Below are positions 35,601 to 48,358 of a stretch of DNA of 64,000 nucleotides, in pieces (positions within the stretch are counted from its first letter, which is position 1; the number at the start of each line of letters is the position of its first letter). The position numbers and the translations under genes were made by a program. This DNA is from Owenia fusiformis (lineage: Eukaryota). The notes beneath the pieces were generated by a model. That model was not told where the DNA came from and made no database searches. It saw only the letters and a list, made by a program, of their open reading frames with translations. The DNA is taken from positions 29,822,001-29,886,000 of the forward strand of contig CAIIXF020000001.1 of NCBI GenBank assembly GCA_903813345.2, written 5' to 3'.

Positions 35601-38600
35601 CTTGGGAATTTGTTTTGATTATTTCAAATAAAAAAACGGGAGTTTTTACGGTAGATTTCTGAAAAACGGGAGTTTTTACTTTAGATTTTGAAAAAAACGG
35701 GAGGTTTTACGGTAGATTTTGAAAGAACGGGAGTTTTTACAGTAGATTTCGGAAAAATGGGAGTTCTTAGGGTAGGTTTCTGAAAAAACGGGTGTTTTTG
35801 CGATAGATTTTGAAAAAAACATGAGTTTTTACGGTAGATTTCTGATCTGTTTAGATTATAGATACAACATTTTATTACTTTGGAAACGAATTGATCAAAG
35901 CTAAGTAAAATGTATACGTGGCAATCTGCGTGAGGTTCCATTTTTAGGTTTGGTTTTTCGCGCATGAGCATTAAATCCAGCGATTTAATTGGTTGAAATT
36001 ATTATGACGCATGCGCAGTTAATAAATTAATAAGAACTTATAATCTAAGATAGATGTCACTTACGTTCATTATTTCACAGCAGTCCCTTCCGATAATGCG
36101 CCTTATATTGCTGGAATATTTTGTTTAGCGCCACATAAAAACAAAATGTATTCTCCCGACAGAAGTATGACAGAATATGAACTGGCCCCCGTTTGTGGAC
36201 ATTTGGTGTGCAAACTTATACCGAACTGATCGCAGAAAAGCAATTTGAATCATGGGAATGAAGTACTTTTAAGTTATTTATAAAAGTATCGATTGTGAAC
36301 CATGAGAGCCAATCCTTCTTGGAGTAAAAGAAAGAAGCATGCCTGCAATAATCAAGGTCACAAATTTGTCTTTTAAATACGGTAGATTTCGACAGCAAAA
36401 ACGGAGATTTTACGGGAGTTATACCAAGAATACGGGAGATTTTACGGGAGTTATACCAAAAAACGGGAGATTTTACGGGAGTTATACCAAGAATACGGGA
36501 GATTTTACGGGAGTTATACCAGAATACGGGAGATTTTACGGGAGATTTCAGCAAAAATACGGGAGATTTTACGGGCACATTTTAAAAAAAAATTACGGGA
36601 GATTTTAGTAGAAATACGGTACGGGAGTTTACGGGAGTTTTTACGGGAGAAAACGGTACGGGAGTTTGGTATTTTTTACGGAAAAACAAAAAATTTACGG
36701 GAGATTCCCGTAAAAAAACGGGAGGTTGGCAAGTCTGCACTGTATTGTACAGCTGTATTATTTCTTATAACCAATAATTTTTCAGGGCTCACAAGAGGAC
36801 GTTGAAAAACATGAATCCCTGGATAACATTGAACACCTTGGTTTATTCGCTATTAAATTAGAAAATCAGTCACTTGAATCGAAGACGTTAGAAAGACGAC
36901 TTGAACAAATGCAAAATGAAAAGCAAATATATGAGAAGGAAATGAAGGACCTCGCTGACCATATGGGGAAATTAGTAAAACAATATAGTGCTATGAATTC
37001 TAAAGTTCAAAACATTTCGGTAAGTGTTTTACATCAATGAGCTTGATAATTATTAGGAATTTGTGTTTAAAAAAAGTAAATCTCATATCTGGCCTCTTTT
37101 GATTATTGAATGGTAATCAAAGGTCTGTTTTTTACATTTGCTGAGCTCTTTTTTTTTCATTAGGGAACACAGTCTCAGGGTTGAATGGTACTTTTTCATC
37201 GACTAATGCATGAAGCAAGAACTTGTTGATAGTGGTACTTTTATTGATGTAATTGGTCCATACGTCTTAAATATTTCCCATAGTTTATATAAAACAGAAA
37301 ACCATTTAAACAACATATATCTGAATATCATTGAAAATCATTATTAAAATATATTACCAAAGCTTCACAAAAACTGTAAGGAATACTAACTTCATGTATT
37401 TGTATTTTTAAATTTAGTTAGCAATGGCAAGTCATGCTGAGAAGGTAATATCATTAGAAGATAAATATACATCATTTAAAACTGAGACCGAATCATTGCG
37501 GATGGACTCAATGAACAGTATGGAACGAAGATTGGTCGCTATTGAGAACAAAGAAGACAGAAGTTATACTTCCACTAGTGGGGAAGGGGGAGCTTCCAAA
37601 GAGGCTGTAGGTAAGCATCATGACTGATCTTTGATTTATGGCACAAAAATAACCCATCATTAAAAATTGACCCAGGTCGTAATCTACCTTTGACCTTCAA
37701 AGTTTAGCCTTTTCTGACCTCTTCAGGTATGTGTAACATTTTGAAATTGTTTTATACTGTGTATTATTACTTGTTTAATTTGTCCAAAAGTACATACAGG
37801 TAATTGATCTTTTATTAGATCTCTCTAAAGGAGCTTCATTATTCTGAAATATAGTGACAAATGTCAACCTAAATGCCATTTCAATAACTTAATAAAGAAA
37901 TAATTTTCCCTTGTCCCAGTTAAAAACTCTATGTTGCCCTTTGAAATCATAACTATTGTCGTTTTCAAATATTGTTCAGGCCTTTTTAAGAAATATAATT
38001 CTCTCTATATTTTTTTTGATAACATGAATATTTTCATTTTATTTTAGATGGTTTGAAAACGCAAGTAAGACAACTTGATAGAATGGTAGGACTCCATGAT
38101 GTTCGTTTAGCTGAGGTAGACCTCAGGATGGACTGCAATGACATCACATCTTATGATGGACACATTATCTGGAAGATAACTGGAATTGAACAAAGGAAAC
38201 GTGATGCCGTGAGCAGAAAGACCCTTTCACTGTACAGTCCTCCATTCTACACTAGCAAGTATGGCTACAAAATGTGTGGACGTGTTTATCTCAATGGAGA
38301 TGGTATCGGCAAAGGCACTCATGTCTCCCTGTTCTTTGTTCTAATGAAGGGAGAATATGACAATGTACTTGAGTTCCCATTTCGCCAAAAGGTTTCCTTC
38401 ATGATTCTTGATCAGTCATCCGAGAGGCGTCACCTCCAGGATTCCTTCTACCCAGACCCTAGTAGCACGTCATTCAAGAAGCCAACTGCCAATATGAATG
38501 TGGCATCAGGCTGCCCCCTATTCGTGAGACAAGATGTCCTAGAGAACCAAGGCTATTTGAAAGATGACTGTATTTACATCAAAGTGTCTGCAGACCTCAA

Positions 38601-38625
38601 TGATCCACCTTTAGTACCTTTGTGA
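32310..38625 (+). CDS. TRAF3: TNF receptor-associated factor, TRAF3-like (RING, 5 zinc fingers, coiled coil, MATH); complete, ~583 aa
   Basis: Exons 32310-32633, 33002-33106, 33350-33514, 33999-34151, 36786-37019, 37418-37610 and 38048-38625 join in frame. MATH motifs SLYSPPFYT..GYKMC.RVYLNGDG.GKGTH.SLFFV and RRHL.D.F.PDP.S.SFKKPT..MNVASGCP resemble recalled TRAF3 more than TRAF2/6. The family call is secure; the paralog call is likely. Confidence 0.9.
33002..33106 (+). CDS. TRAF3: TRAF exon: zinc finger
   Basis: AFPDYFARKHISTLLVYCPNKEHGCPEQIPWKSLQ. Confidence 0.88.
33350..33514 (+). CDS. TRAF3: TRAF exon: zinc fingers
   Basis: EHMAKCDYIKIECKNEGC..HMKNQCIFRIDSCPKC.. Confidence 0.88.
33999..34151 (+). 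CDS. TRAF3: TRAF exon: zinc fingers
   Basis: DHLLNHCDEELIKCPYKCG..HEKTCTSKPKACELSSLGCDFK. Confidence 0.88.
34789..36737. mobile_element. hAT5-like element in a TRAF intron, TSD CACTG, carrying a gag fragment
   Basis: CAGACTTGCCA / TGGCAAGTCTG TIRs; ACGGGAG tandem arrays; a second, inverted copy at 49183-50769. Confidence 0.85.
35081..35625 (-). pseudogene. Gypsy/Gmr1-type gag (SCAN-like capsid) fragment
   Basis: PKMPPFNEEKDSMDAYLERMERYA..W..LLSGEAL.VY..DYEKLKEALLK.Y..FRKKF..ESPTQF..RL..YL.RW..LKDLLLREQY; no LTR, zinc knuckle or pol. Confidence 0.8.
36786..37019 (+). CDS. TRAF3: TRAF exon: coiled coil
   Basis: GSQEDVEKHESLDNIEHL..LERRLEQMQNEKQIYEKEMKDL..; ttcag/gtaagt. Confidence 0.85.
37418..37610 (+). 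CDS. TRAF3: TRAF exon: coiled coil
   Basis: LAMASHAEKVISLEDK..MERRLVAIENK..; tttag/gtaagc. Confidence 0.83.
38048..38625 (+). CDS. TRAF3: TRAF terminal exon: MATH/TRAF-C domain
   Basis: ORF 38053-38625 with canonical TRAF-C motifs; TGA stop. Confidence 0.95.
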
Positions 38626-38842
38626 TAAAGGGGCCTGGGAGCACCAAACGACTTTTGAAATGTAATTTCCAATTATGAAGTCTATTTGAGTAAATCCCAG
38701 GCAATCGGGCAATTTAGGAAAAAACTGAAATGCCAAAATATATGGACAATCTCGTGCCAAATTCAAAGAATGCTCATATTACATACTCAGGTGTCGTTTG
38801 GTCGCCCCTTTTACAGGCTGTCAAACATTGACATAGATATAA

Positions 38843-39536
38843 CATGGGTGTAGCCAGGAGGGGTGTGCTCACATGCCCCACCCCACTAAAAAAGAAAAAA
38901 GCAATTTTGTAAAATTTCTGAAAAAACATTAACAAATTATAGTTTGAAATGCTTAGAATGCACCATATTCAATGTAAATTTTAATTCCCACATAGCTAGG
39001 AAAGGTGTGTCCAATACCAGCCAATCAGAACACGCGTTTTCACGTAAATGCATTCCATTATATAACCAACCATTCACCCAAGGTCACTCCTTCTAGATCC
39101 TTTTGAAACCAATAAGTTCATATTTGAATAAAATTGAGTAACATAGCGAATGACAAGCTACATAGTAGGTCAAATGTTAAGTGTTGTATTGTTGTCATGG
39201 TGAAAATCCATGATACCGACTGACACAAACATAAAAGACCTTTACTAAAAGGTTTCCTTGAAAATATATTTTTGAGGTAATTTCATACATTTTAAAAGAT
39301 ATTGTATAAAATATTTTGCGATGTATGAAAAGAATTTAAGCCAAAGACTCAATGCATTGTGGAATGACCATTCTTTTCAGGTGTTATTTCCTAAAATTAA
39401 TACTCGTGCAAATTTTGGAAAGCAACACCTTGGAGGAATGGTCATTGCACTGAGTACAGGGCTTAAATCCTTCAAAAGTTTATACCCCAAATCGCAAAAA
39501 AGTGCACCCCCTTAACATTTGCTGGCTACGCCCCTG
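38843..39536. mobile_element. hAT5-like MITE downstream of the TRAF stop, TSD TATAA
   Basis: CATGGGTGTAGCCAG / CTGGCTACGCCCCTG ends with a 5-bp TSD. Confidence 0.65.
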
Positions 39537-40771
39537 TATAAGCTTCCGTTATTTTCAGCTTCATAGATGTAGGGACCGGGGGTTCAATAGGTTCATACGA
39601 ACCCCCGGTCAGGATTTCCAAAAAATGAATTTGCGGAAATAATCATAACATTTCTACCAGAAACATACTGTGCAATATAATAATGACCAGTAAATTCATA
39701 TTTGTTATGGTTAACACTACAGCCATTTTTGTTAAAAACATAGTATAGATACACTTCTCTCCAAAGGTTTGGCAACCTTAGGCACAGGGTTGAATCGTCT
39801 AATTTTGGGAAGACAAAGGAGCATGACATTTTACAAAGAAATTTCAGTAATTTCGGATAATTTATTTTTTAACTTCAAAGCTGCTTCTTCTCAGACAAAA
39901 TAAACCACCTCGGGCAATGGCTAAATTAATCAATCTTTTGTAGGAATTTGGTTTTAAGTCAGTTCTGGTGGTCCAATACGGAGCTATTGAAAACGACGCA
40001 GACATTCTATACTCCTAAAGATCGTTTTGCTGTAATAACTTTTTAGAACATTTACACGAAGACTTTTTGAAAATACCTGGAATCGTATTAAAACTGATGA
40101 AAACCCCTGTTCTTTCAAATATGTGCATCTCCATTTGTTTTATTTTAAAAATATTAAAAAATATTTCTTGGAAAATCCCCAATGCTGGTAATTAATATTT
40201 ATTAGTAAAAAATCATGCTCTAGGGTCTTCCCAAAATCAAACGATCCCACCACATGTTAGCTCCCCTTTGGACTTCATGTTAAAACCTCTTTATGTTTGA
40301 ATTTTTTGTTTATATAACCTGCAATGAAAATACTTATGATAAAGTTGGAGATGTACCTTAACTTTATTCCCCATACTGCCATACATCCACATTTTCTCTT
40401 AATTGTATAAATAGGTTAAAACTGATGACTTTGATGAATGTTTTAAAATCGCCGTTCACATGTAAACCAATGCAAAAAAGTGGTTTGAAGTTTGGGGCAA
40501 ATTAGATTTCAGGATATTTATTCTGTAAAAATTCACCACAAAAATATTTTTGCATAGAAAATTGCATTGTCTAAATTTTAAGCAAGTTTCGAAAAGTGTT
40601 TAATTTTTTTCTTTGTGAACATTAAAATTACAAAGCTTCAAAGTCACTTTTAGAAGTCATTTTCACCTCCTATGTTATTTCAACGGGAGAGCTTTCTTGA
40701 TAGTACATTGTATTTGGCTTTGGAGACTTATACGTTAGTTGAACGTAAGGAAAGACAGCAATTTTTGTTAA

Positions 40772-41451
40772 AGGCCCTGTACAAAGTTTGAAAGTTTTTG
40801 TAAAAAATTATTTCTGGAAAAAGTTTGTCAGCTTTTTCTTTCACAAATATTCAAATTTCCCACCATTTTTCAAACAAAAGTTGTACTTTTATTCACAAAC
40901 TTTTCACTATACAGTGCAAAATACAAATCTTTTGAACACCATTGCGATGACTGAACAAAGGACACATTATTTCAATAATAAAATCGAATGTGCCACTTAC
41001 ATATATGTTTTAAATGCATATTAAAAGAATGTCCCACCCTAAATGTCATGATTGTGATGTCACTTAGGATGCAAAGAGATTTCTGTGTCAGTCTCGTCAA
41101 ATATAAACCAATGTTGATTGTCCAACTAGGTTAAAAAGAAGAATGTTTGTTTTAAATATTATTACTGTACCATTGGTTTCTATGAGAACTAAGATTTTAA
41201 AATGGATTTTCTCTGAACCATTTTCATGCATGGATGAGTTACTAATTTTTTCGACAAACGCATTTGAGGATATTGCTATTCATTGTTGGGAACTATCGCT
41301 TATTAAAGATATGTGTGACCTTTGAAATTTAGTTTTAAATAATTCACGATTTTTCGAACAAAAGTCCTTCAAAAAACCCTTTTCACGTATCTCATCTTAA
41401 TAACACAGACTACAAAATAAACCAAAGTGGTTTAAACTTTATATGGGGCCT
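40772..41451. mobile_element. Kolobok-like MITE
   Basis: TTAA|AGGCCCTGTACAAAGTTT ... AAACTTTATATGGGGCCT|TTAG. Confidence 0.55.
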
Positions 41452-42289
41452 TTAGGTAAATTTCAAATTCAGAATTCAAATTCAATTGCGAGAAAAATGG
41501 ATATATTGCAAATGAGGTCATTTTGTTTTTTCAGCCCTAAAAATATTTTCTTGCAAATTAGAATTCAAGCATAAAGAGGCTTAAACATGTAATCCAATGG
41601 GCCGGTGGAGTTCAGGTGCTGGTGCTAAACTTTTGGAGATAGTGTAAATTGTGTGTATAAATTCAATTTGGTTCGTGTGAGGAACCCTAATGAAGATGGG
41701 GGGTTGTAAATAACATAATAAGGAGAACTCCTGGTCACCAAATCCTGGCAACGCCAGTGAGCTTAACCAACTCACGTATCTAAAACCTATTTTTGGGTTT
41801 GTATTGCTCTTTGTACAATTTTTTTCATTTTTATGTAGGCTAAATATGTTATTTCAAATTTTATTTGAACACATCAAAATATATCACATACCGTACATGT
41901 ATAACTTGTGGCCAGTACTATGAAACTCAGCATTATTTACTTTTGAAGTACTTTTTATAATGACATTCTTAAATTCATATTAATTGTGAGATATGTGATG
42001 ATATTATTGATATTGTTTGTCACTCTAGATCTTGTAAAATTAGTGTACATGTATTTGTTTTTTTATAGTAATTTTGCTGTGTATTATTTGCTTATCACAG
42101 CTTTATGTTAACACTTATAAATAATAAATAAATAAATAGCACTAGAAGGGATAGTCATGTTGAAAGTTTTGAATATTTTTTATGCATTCGTCATACCATG
42201 TCATGCATAGACCTATATGATAAAAGTCCAACACTTCTGACTTTATTTCAGGATATATTTTGTTGATTTTTAAGATACGCTGTTAAAAA

Positions 42290-43268
42290 ATCCCATCAAA
42301 TCCCATCGAACAGCCATGGCTGGCATTTTTACATAGTATATAGCAAAAATGGCAGCCATTTTTCAAAATGACCACCTTCTACCAAAAGTGTCATTAGACA
42401 GTGTGCCATGCCTATAGAATTCACATACCAAATATGAACAAAATCGCTCCACTACTTTTTGCGTTATAGTAAAAAAGGATGAAATGGCAGCCATTTTTCA
42501 AAATAGCCACCTTCTACCAAAAGTGTCTTTAGACAGTGTGCCATGCTTATCGTATTCACATACCAAATATGAACAAATTCGCTCCGCTACTTTTCGAGTT
42601 ATAGTAAAATAGGATAAAATGGCAGCCATTTTTCAAAATAGTGGCCATTTTTCAAAATAGTGGCCACCTTCTACCAAAGTTTCATTAGACAGTGTGACAT
42701 GCTTATAGCATTCACATACCAAATATGAACAAAATGGCTCCTCTACTTTTCGAGTTATAGTAAAATATGTTAAAATAAAAATGGCCGCCTTCTAACAAAA
42801 GTATCATTAGACGGTGTGCCATGCTTATACGAGTATACGTAGTATTAACATACAAAATATGAACAAAATCGCTCCACCATTCTTCGAGTTACAGCAAAAA
42901 TTCTAAAATAGCGAGTAAATGCCGCCATTTTTCAAGATGGCTGCCATGTGCTTCTACATTTACATTTCTACATCTACATTTCTAGCTTCATTAATGTCCT
43001 ATATAATTTTTTTACATTTAAAACATATTGCTATTAGTTTTACATATTGTACCTAAATTACTGTAAAATTGGCATTAAAATGGCCGCCATTTTTGAATGA
43101 GTGGCCATTTTGAAAATCGGCTTTCGAGCAGAACTTCTACCCCATAGGCCATATGTTTACAAAATATGAACAAAATCGGGCCAACACTATTTGAGTTATT
43201 GCCCAGATGGACGGACGTACAGACGGAGGCATTCCCTATATCCCTCCGAACTTCGTTCGATGGGATAA
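42290..43268 (+). mobile_element. HINE-like element (same family as 12406-13562)
   Basis: ATCCCATCGAAC ... tandem units ... CCGAACTTCGTTCGATGGGAT. Confidence 0.8.
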
Positions 43269-45096
43269 AAATATTCATTGAAACATATTACTCACACACT
43301 CGCTCAAATATGAAACAAAGTTGATTTGCTTTAATATTGAACCAAGAAAAAAAATAGCTCACGTAGAAAAAAGCATTTGTTCAGTGATCATTAGTAGTGC
43401 ACGCACATGCTAATCAAAGTGCATGTTTTTGAATTATTTTGAAATTACTTTTGATTTAAAAGATGGCAACACTTCTATAAAAATGAATGTATCATGTAAT
43501 TCAAACAACTTCACCATCTTTCAATGACATTGATAAGAACTTGATATATAAGGCGTGAAAGATCGAAAAGATTTTTTGATGATTATGTGGTCTGTTTGAG
43601 CTGTTGTTGGTGTCAAATGAAAGAAGTTCTTATCAATACTTGGATATTCTACAAAATTCAAATGTAAGTCTTTATTTTGCCCAAAATCATCGAAAATACG
43701 CAAAGTGGGCTCTTAAGTTTCTCACCTGGACAGATGCTTCTTTGACATTTACACTAGTATGTAATATCTTACATACCTCAGATCTTGAGACCTCTCTCCC
43801 AACAATAAGTGATGCCCCTTTATAATTGCTGATAGAATATCTTACACACCTTGTATATATCTGGAGATCATCTTATGGGCACAGTATTACCCTATTCTCA
43901 ATAGTTGAAAATCAACGGAACAACCAACTGTCAGAATTAACTCAATTTGAGCTTTCCGCCATCAAGGGGAATTCCCATCATGTGAATCTCACCTGTCACA
44001 TGACTTGAACCTAAGCAGCCAATCAGATTCAGAGCATTTTTTTTTAATTAATTTCTTCTTTCCAACTGACCCATCTTGCATTTCCAAGGTATGATGTCAG
44101 TGAATATCAGGCTGAAATTTCTGCCCAAATCCCTATTTATTTGTCATAGATTGAGGATTCTGATGAATGAGATATCATCTTATCCAGCCTACATTATGCT
44201 AGTTCTTATGTATTAGGTAAATAGAAGCTGAGCAATCAACCTCATTAGTAGTCAATTAATCTTATAGCTGGGTATTCTTAAAAATAAAACACAGTTCATT
44301 CTATTGTGTTGCTACCTAAGTGTGGTTTAAAAAGTTATACCATAGGGCAAGAGGATAGAATGACAACAATTTTGCTTGAAATGTTCAAATAATTCATAAA
44401 AATAGTAATGATGGCAACACACATGCTGATAAACAATGAATGGCTTTGCTGCATAAGAATACACCCTACCTAAGCTATTTGAGTTTCAAGAAATTCAATA
44501 ATTGATGGGAAATCAGCAGTATCTTCATAAAATAGTTCTGAGATAGATGAATTTAAGATTTTATTATCCCATTGTACAGAGTTTGGGAGATATACAGTAA
44601 AGAATGCCCCAGTCTGTCCATCCATCTGTACCTCAAATACCATTGGCCTGATATTGTATATCAATGCACATTCAGACATATACCCCCTATAATGTATTAG
44701 GAGTACAAGTTCAGCTCAAAAGCCAAATTTGAAATGGTCGCTCCAATTTAGTGATCATTTTGCAATATTTTTGTCACAAATTATAAACATGTAATTTGAA
44801 TATATTCAGCAAAAAAAGGTAATAAATGTCCTCAAATTATCAAATTATGACAAGCCTACCAAATGCAGTAAACAACATGACTACTAGTACTAATGTTTTT
44901 AGCAAGTCAATGTATATATTAAGTTATATATTATCTTTATTACATCATATTAATTCATACATAACACTCTTTCTTTACCTGACCGCCACTTAAAAATAAG
45001 ACTGTTGAAAAAACATATATTTTGAAAAACTGCTATTTAACATGTTTAATTCCGAGTGAACAAATTAACATAATTACATACTGTAAATTGCATTAA

Positions 45097-45822
45097 AGGT
45101 CCATGTGCAGTATGGCAAGTGATTTTAGACGGTCATATTTCACCATGAGTATTTTCTGGGCATAAATACAGTGGGTTTTATTAGAACAATATGTTTTCTT
45201 TCAATTGAAGTCCCCATAATGATAAAAATATCAATCAAACAATTCTGAAATTATAAATAGGGATCCCACGTCAACAATTGTTTCAAAATGTTGAACTTAT
45301 TTGCTCAAAAGAGGATCTTTTTCTGATTTTTATTGCTTAAAAAGATTATTCAACAAGGGGTCTAAAACATCTTCAAAAGAAGAATGGTATTGAAAGTCTA
45401 GTTTTGAAGATATCAATTTTCGATGACCAAAATCATGCTGAAAACAATGGATAGCATGAGTTTTCCCTATGGGAAAATAACATGAAAAATGTGGTTTTTA
45501 ACTTTATCACATTCCAATACCCATCCCCTTTTTAGAAGTTATTAATACTAATTGTACAGTGTAGAAGAGACTTTTGATATATTTAAATTTTGAAACAAGA
45601 TCCTCTTTTTTTGAAAATAAGCCTTACATTTTTAAAAAAGTGACAAGGTGGGGTCCTAATCCATATTTTTTCAGAGAGTTGGATTGATATTTTACTATCT
45701 TGGGGACTTCACTTTAAAGAAAAAATATTGTTTTAATAAAAACCACTGTATTTATACCCAGAAAGTACTTATGGTGAAAGATATGACTGTCTAAAATCAC
45801 TTGCCATATTGCACATGGACCT
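45097..45822. mobile_element. Kolobok-like foldback element
   Basis: TTAA|AGGTCCATGTGCAGTATGGCAAGTGATTTTAGAC ... GTCTAAAATCACTTGCCATATTGCACATGGACCT; diverged arms over most of its length. Confidence 0.7.
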
Positions 45823-47457
45823 TTTTGCACAAGCTTTAATTTAACCATTCACTAATTATCATAATTCTCTTCAATTATCACAATTCACAAAACAGTGATA
45901 GCACATTGTGGGATCCACAGCCTTTACTATCCTTTTGGAATAGTTCAGACTGTGGGTTACTGACTGTAATAAATGTTTCCTTTAACCCTAAAATGTACGG
46001 ACCAATCAAATTATTTACAGAGTTCTATTGACCATGAGTATCATGGGAAGGCATTACCTGCAGTTGCATGATTACATAAGCAGACAAAGCCTAATGAGTG
46101 TGACCAAACACAATGCCCTCCCAAATAATCTAAGTGTCGACATTTGTATGATAATTATTGTTTAAAATTCTAAATTGGAAAACAATAAGAAAAAAAGAAG
46201 TATGTCAACATTATCATAGTTATTAATTTTCAATATAAAAACAAGAACCACCAAGATAAATAAAAGTTTTCCACATAATGAATTCATTGAATTAAAGTTT
46301 ACAAAGGGGTAAACAGGACAGTACATTCTTAGGTACTAATTTATTCCTCCATATACACTGATTTACTTGGAGAATGCACTGGCTAGGAACATGTTCTGCC
46401 TCATGATATATCAGAGTCTCTCAGAAACATTAGGTAAAGAGGGACTCTGATAAATCAGAATGGTGATAGCACAATTTACATGTTTTAAATAAAATGGGTA
46501 AAAGAAAATTCTGTGAGATTTTTTCAAAATAAATGGCCTGGGCTACAAATATAAAGATGTCCAATTTTGAGAAAATCAAGAAATCGAGGCTGCTCAGGTA
46601 AAGCTACAATTAGTGTCTTAGTAATAGTAATTTGAGGCATGTTCTAAAAGGTGTGCTGGCTCCGATTTAGTGGACTCTGTGGCCTTATCCATTGTTTAGT
46701 CATTGTGTGGTTAAAATGACTAAAAGGTGGACTGATACAAAGGCCACTGTTTAGGTATTTTGATAGAAGAATGACTAAAAAGTGGCTTCAAACTGGAGTA
46801 TAAAGGGTTAAGTAAAAGGATGGTACTGAGTGATCCAACCCACCCAAGATGCATGCCTAATAGAATCATAAAACCTTGTCAAGTGATACAATCTGTACCT
46901 GACACCATCAACTATTGTATCTTAGTATCCCTTAAAAATTTTATATCATTTTGTCATTGTAACAATTATCACAAACAATGAAGCTCTGATTTCATAACTT
47001 TACATGACCCAAAACAGCCTCGAGACAGCTTAATGTTGAGAGGTGGGGGTAATCAATGCTAAAAAAATTAATTGCAAACTTTTCCGCAACTTGCAGTTGA
47101 TAAGGGTATATGTGTATCCCAATTGATATAGAATTTTCCCTATTAAATGATTATGTTGGAGGAGTTTGCAATCATTAGTTTTAAGCTGTGATTTGCAAAA
47201 AATAAAAGAACTAGATATAGTTGAATTCTATTGTTGATGAAAATTATGAAGTTACGTCATTTTTTGTAAATATATCAGAATCAATAGCATTCCATTGTAA
47301 GTTTAAAGCAGAGTAAATCTGGAAGAGCTGAATTACAAGGCTCTCATACTTCATCTCTAAAATCTAAAATTGACATGCTTTATAATTTTAATATGACCAC
47401 ACTTGTATAATATTTGCATAATTTGTCAAACTTAAATTATCCTTCACATTCTTTTCA

Positions 47458-48358
47458 CACGCGGTAGTATCTCTTCGGGACGTATCGAAACCACTCCGTC
47501 CCGAAAAACCGTTAATTTGAATTTAAAACCTACCCCAGTGTTTGAAAATCAAGGATTGTGAGTCTCACACTTCACCGTTTTTCTTCAAACTTGTTCCGTA
47601 CAAAGCTTCACAGAAATACCTTTCAGTCGATACATTGTTTTCGTGTACAAAGTACCTCGTTTTAGCGGCGTTTTGGTCCCCAGCTGCGAGATAAAGCAAA
47701 TTTTCATAACTTTCAACTGTAAGTCAAGTTATCTCGCCAGTCTTTTACCCAATCTCGCTCATAATTTCAGAATGGACTCCCATTACAACCTTCCATCGCT
47801 ACGTTTTGATTTTTGGGCATCAAACGCAGCAGTTTCTAAATCATCCACACATCTCTTAAAATTTGACTAATACGTCCCGTTAGAATGCAACTCTCCGTGT
47901 ATAGTGATAGACTCGGCGGGGCGTAGTGGAAGATGACGGGACGTATTGGTCAAATTTGAAGAGATGTGTGGATGATTTAGAAACTGCTGCGTTTGATGCC
48001 CAAAAATCAAGACGTAGCGATGGAAGGTTGTAATGGGAGTCCATTCTGAAATTATGGGCGAGAATGGGTAAAAGACTGGCGAGATAACTTAACTTACAGT
48101 TGAAAGTTATGAAAATTTGCTTTATCTCACAGCTGGGGACCAAAACGCCGCTATAACGAGGTACTTTGTACACGAAAACAATGTATCGACTGAAAGGTAT
48201 TTCTGTGAAGCTTTGTACGGAACAAGTTTGAAGAAAAACGGTGAAGTGTGAGACTCACAATCCTTGATTTTCAAACACTGGGGTAGGTTTTAAATTCAAA
48301 TTAACGGTTCTTCGGGACGGAGTGGTTTCGATACGTCCCGAAGAGATACTACCGCGTG
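47458..48358. mobile_element. Near-perfect 901-bp foldback element, CAC..GTG ends, TSD TTTCA (Transib/RAG-like)
   Basis: Arms 47458-47880 and 47936-48358 with a ~55-bp spacer; TTTCA at 47453-47457 and 48359-48363. Confidence 0.88.

Noticed and set aside
36216-36608. ORFs with PVKSPV/TGDFTG repeats (also 35681-35971, 49339-49584)
   Set aside because: They are translations of subterminal tandem arrays of the hAT5-like element.
47643-48173. Two convergent near-identical ORFs (MYKVPR..)
   Set aside because: They are a by-product of the inverted arms of the foldback element; no recognisable protein.
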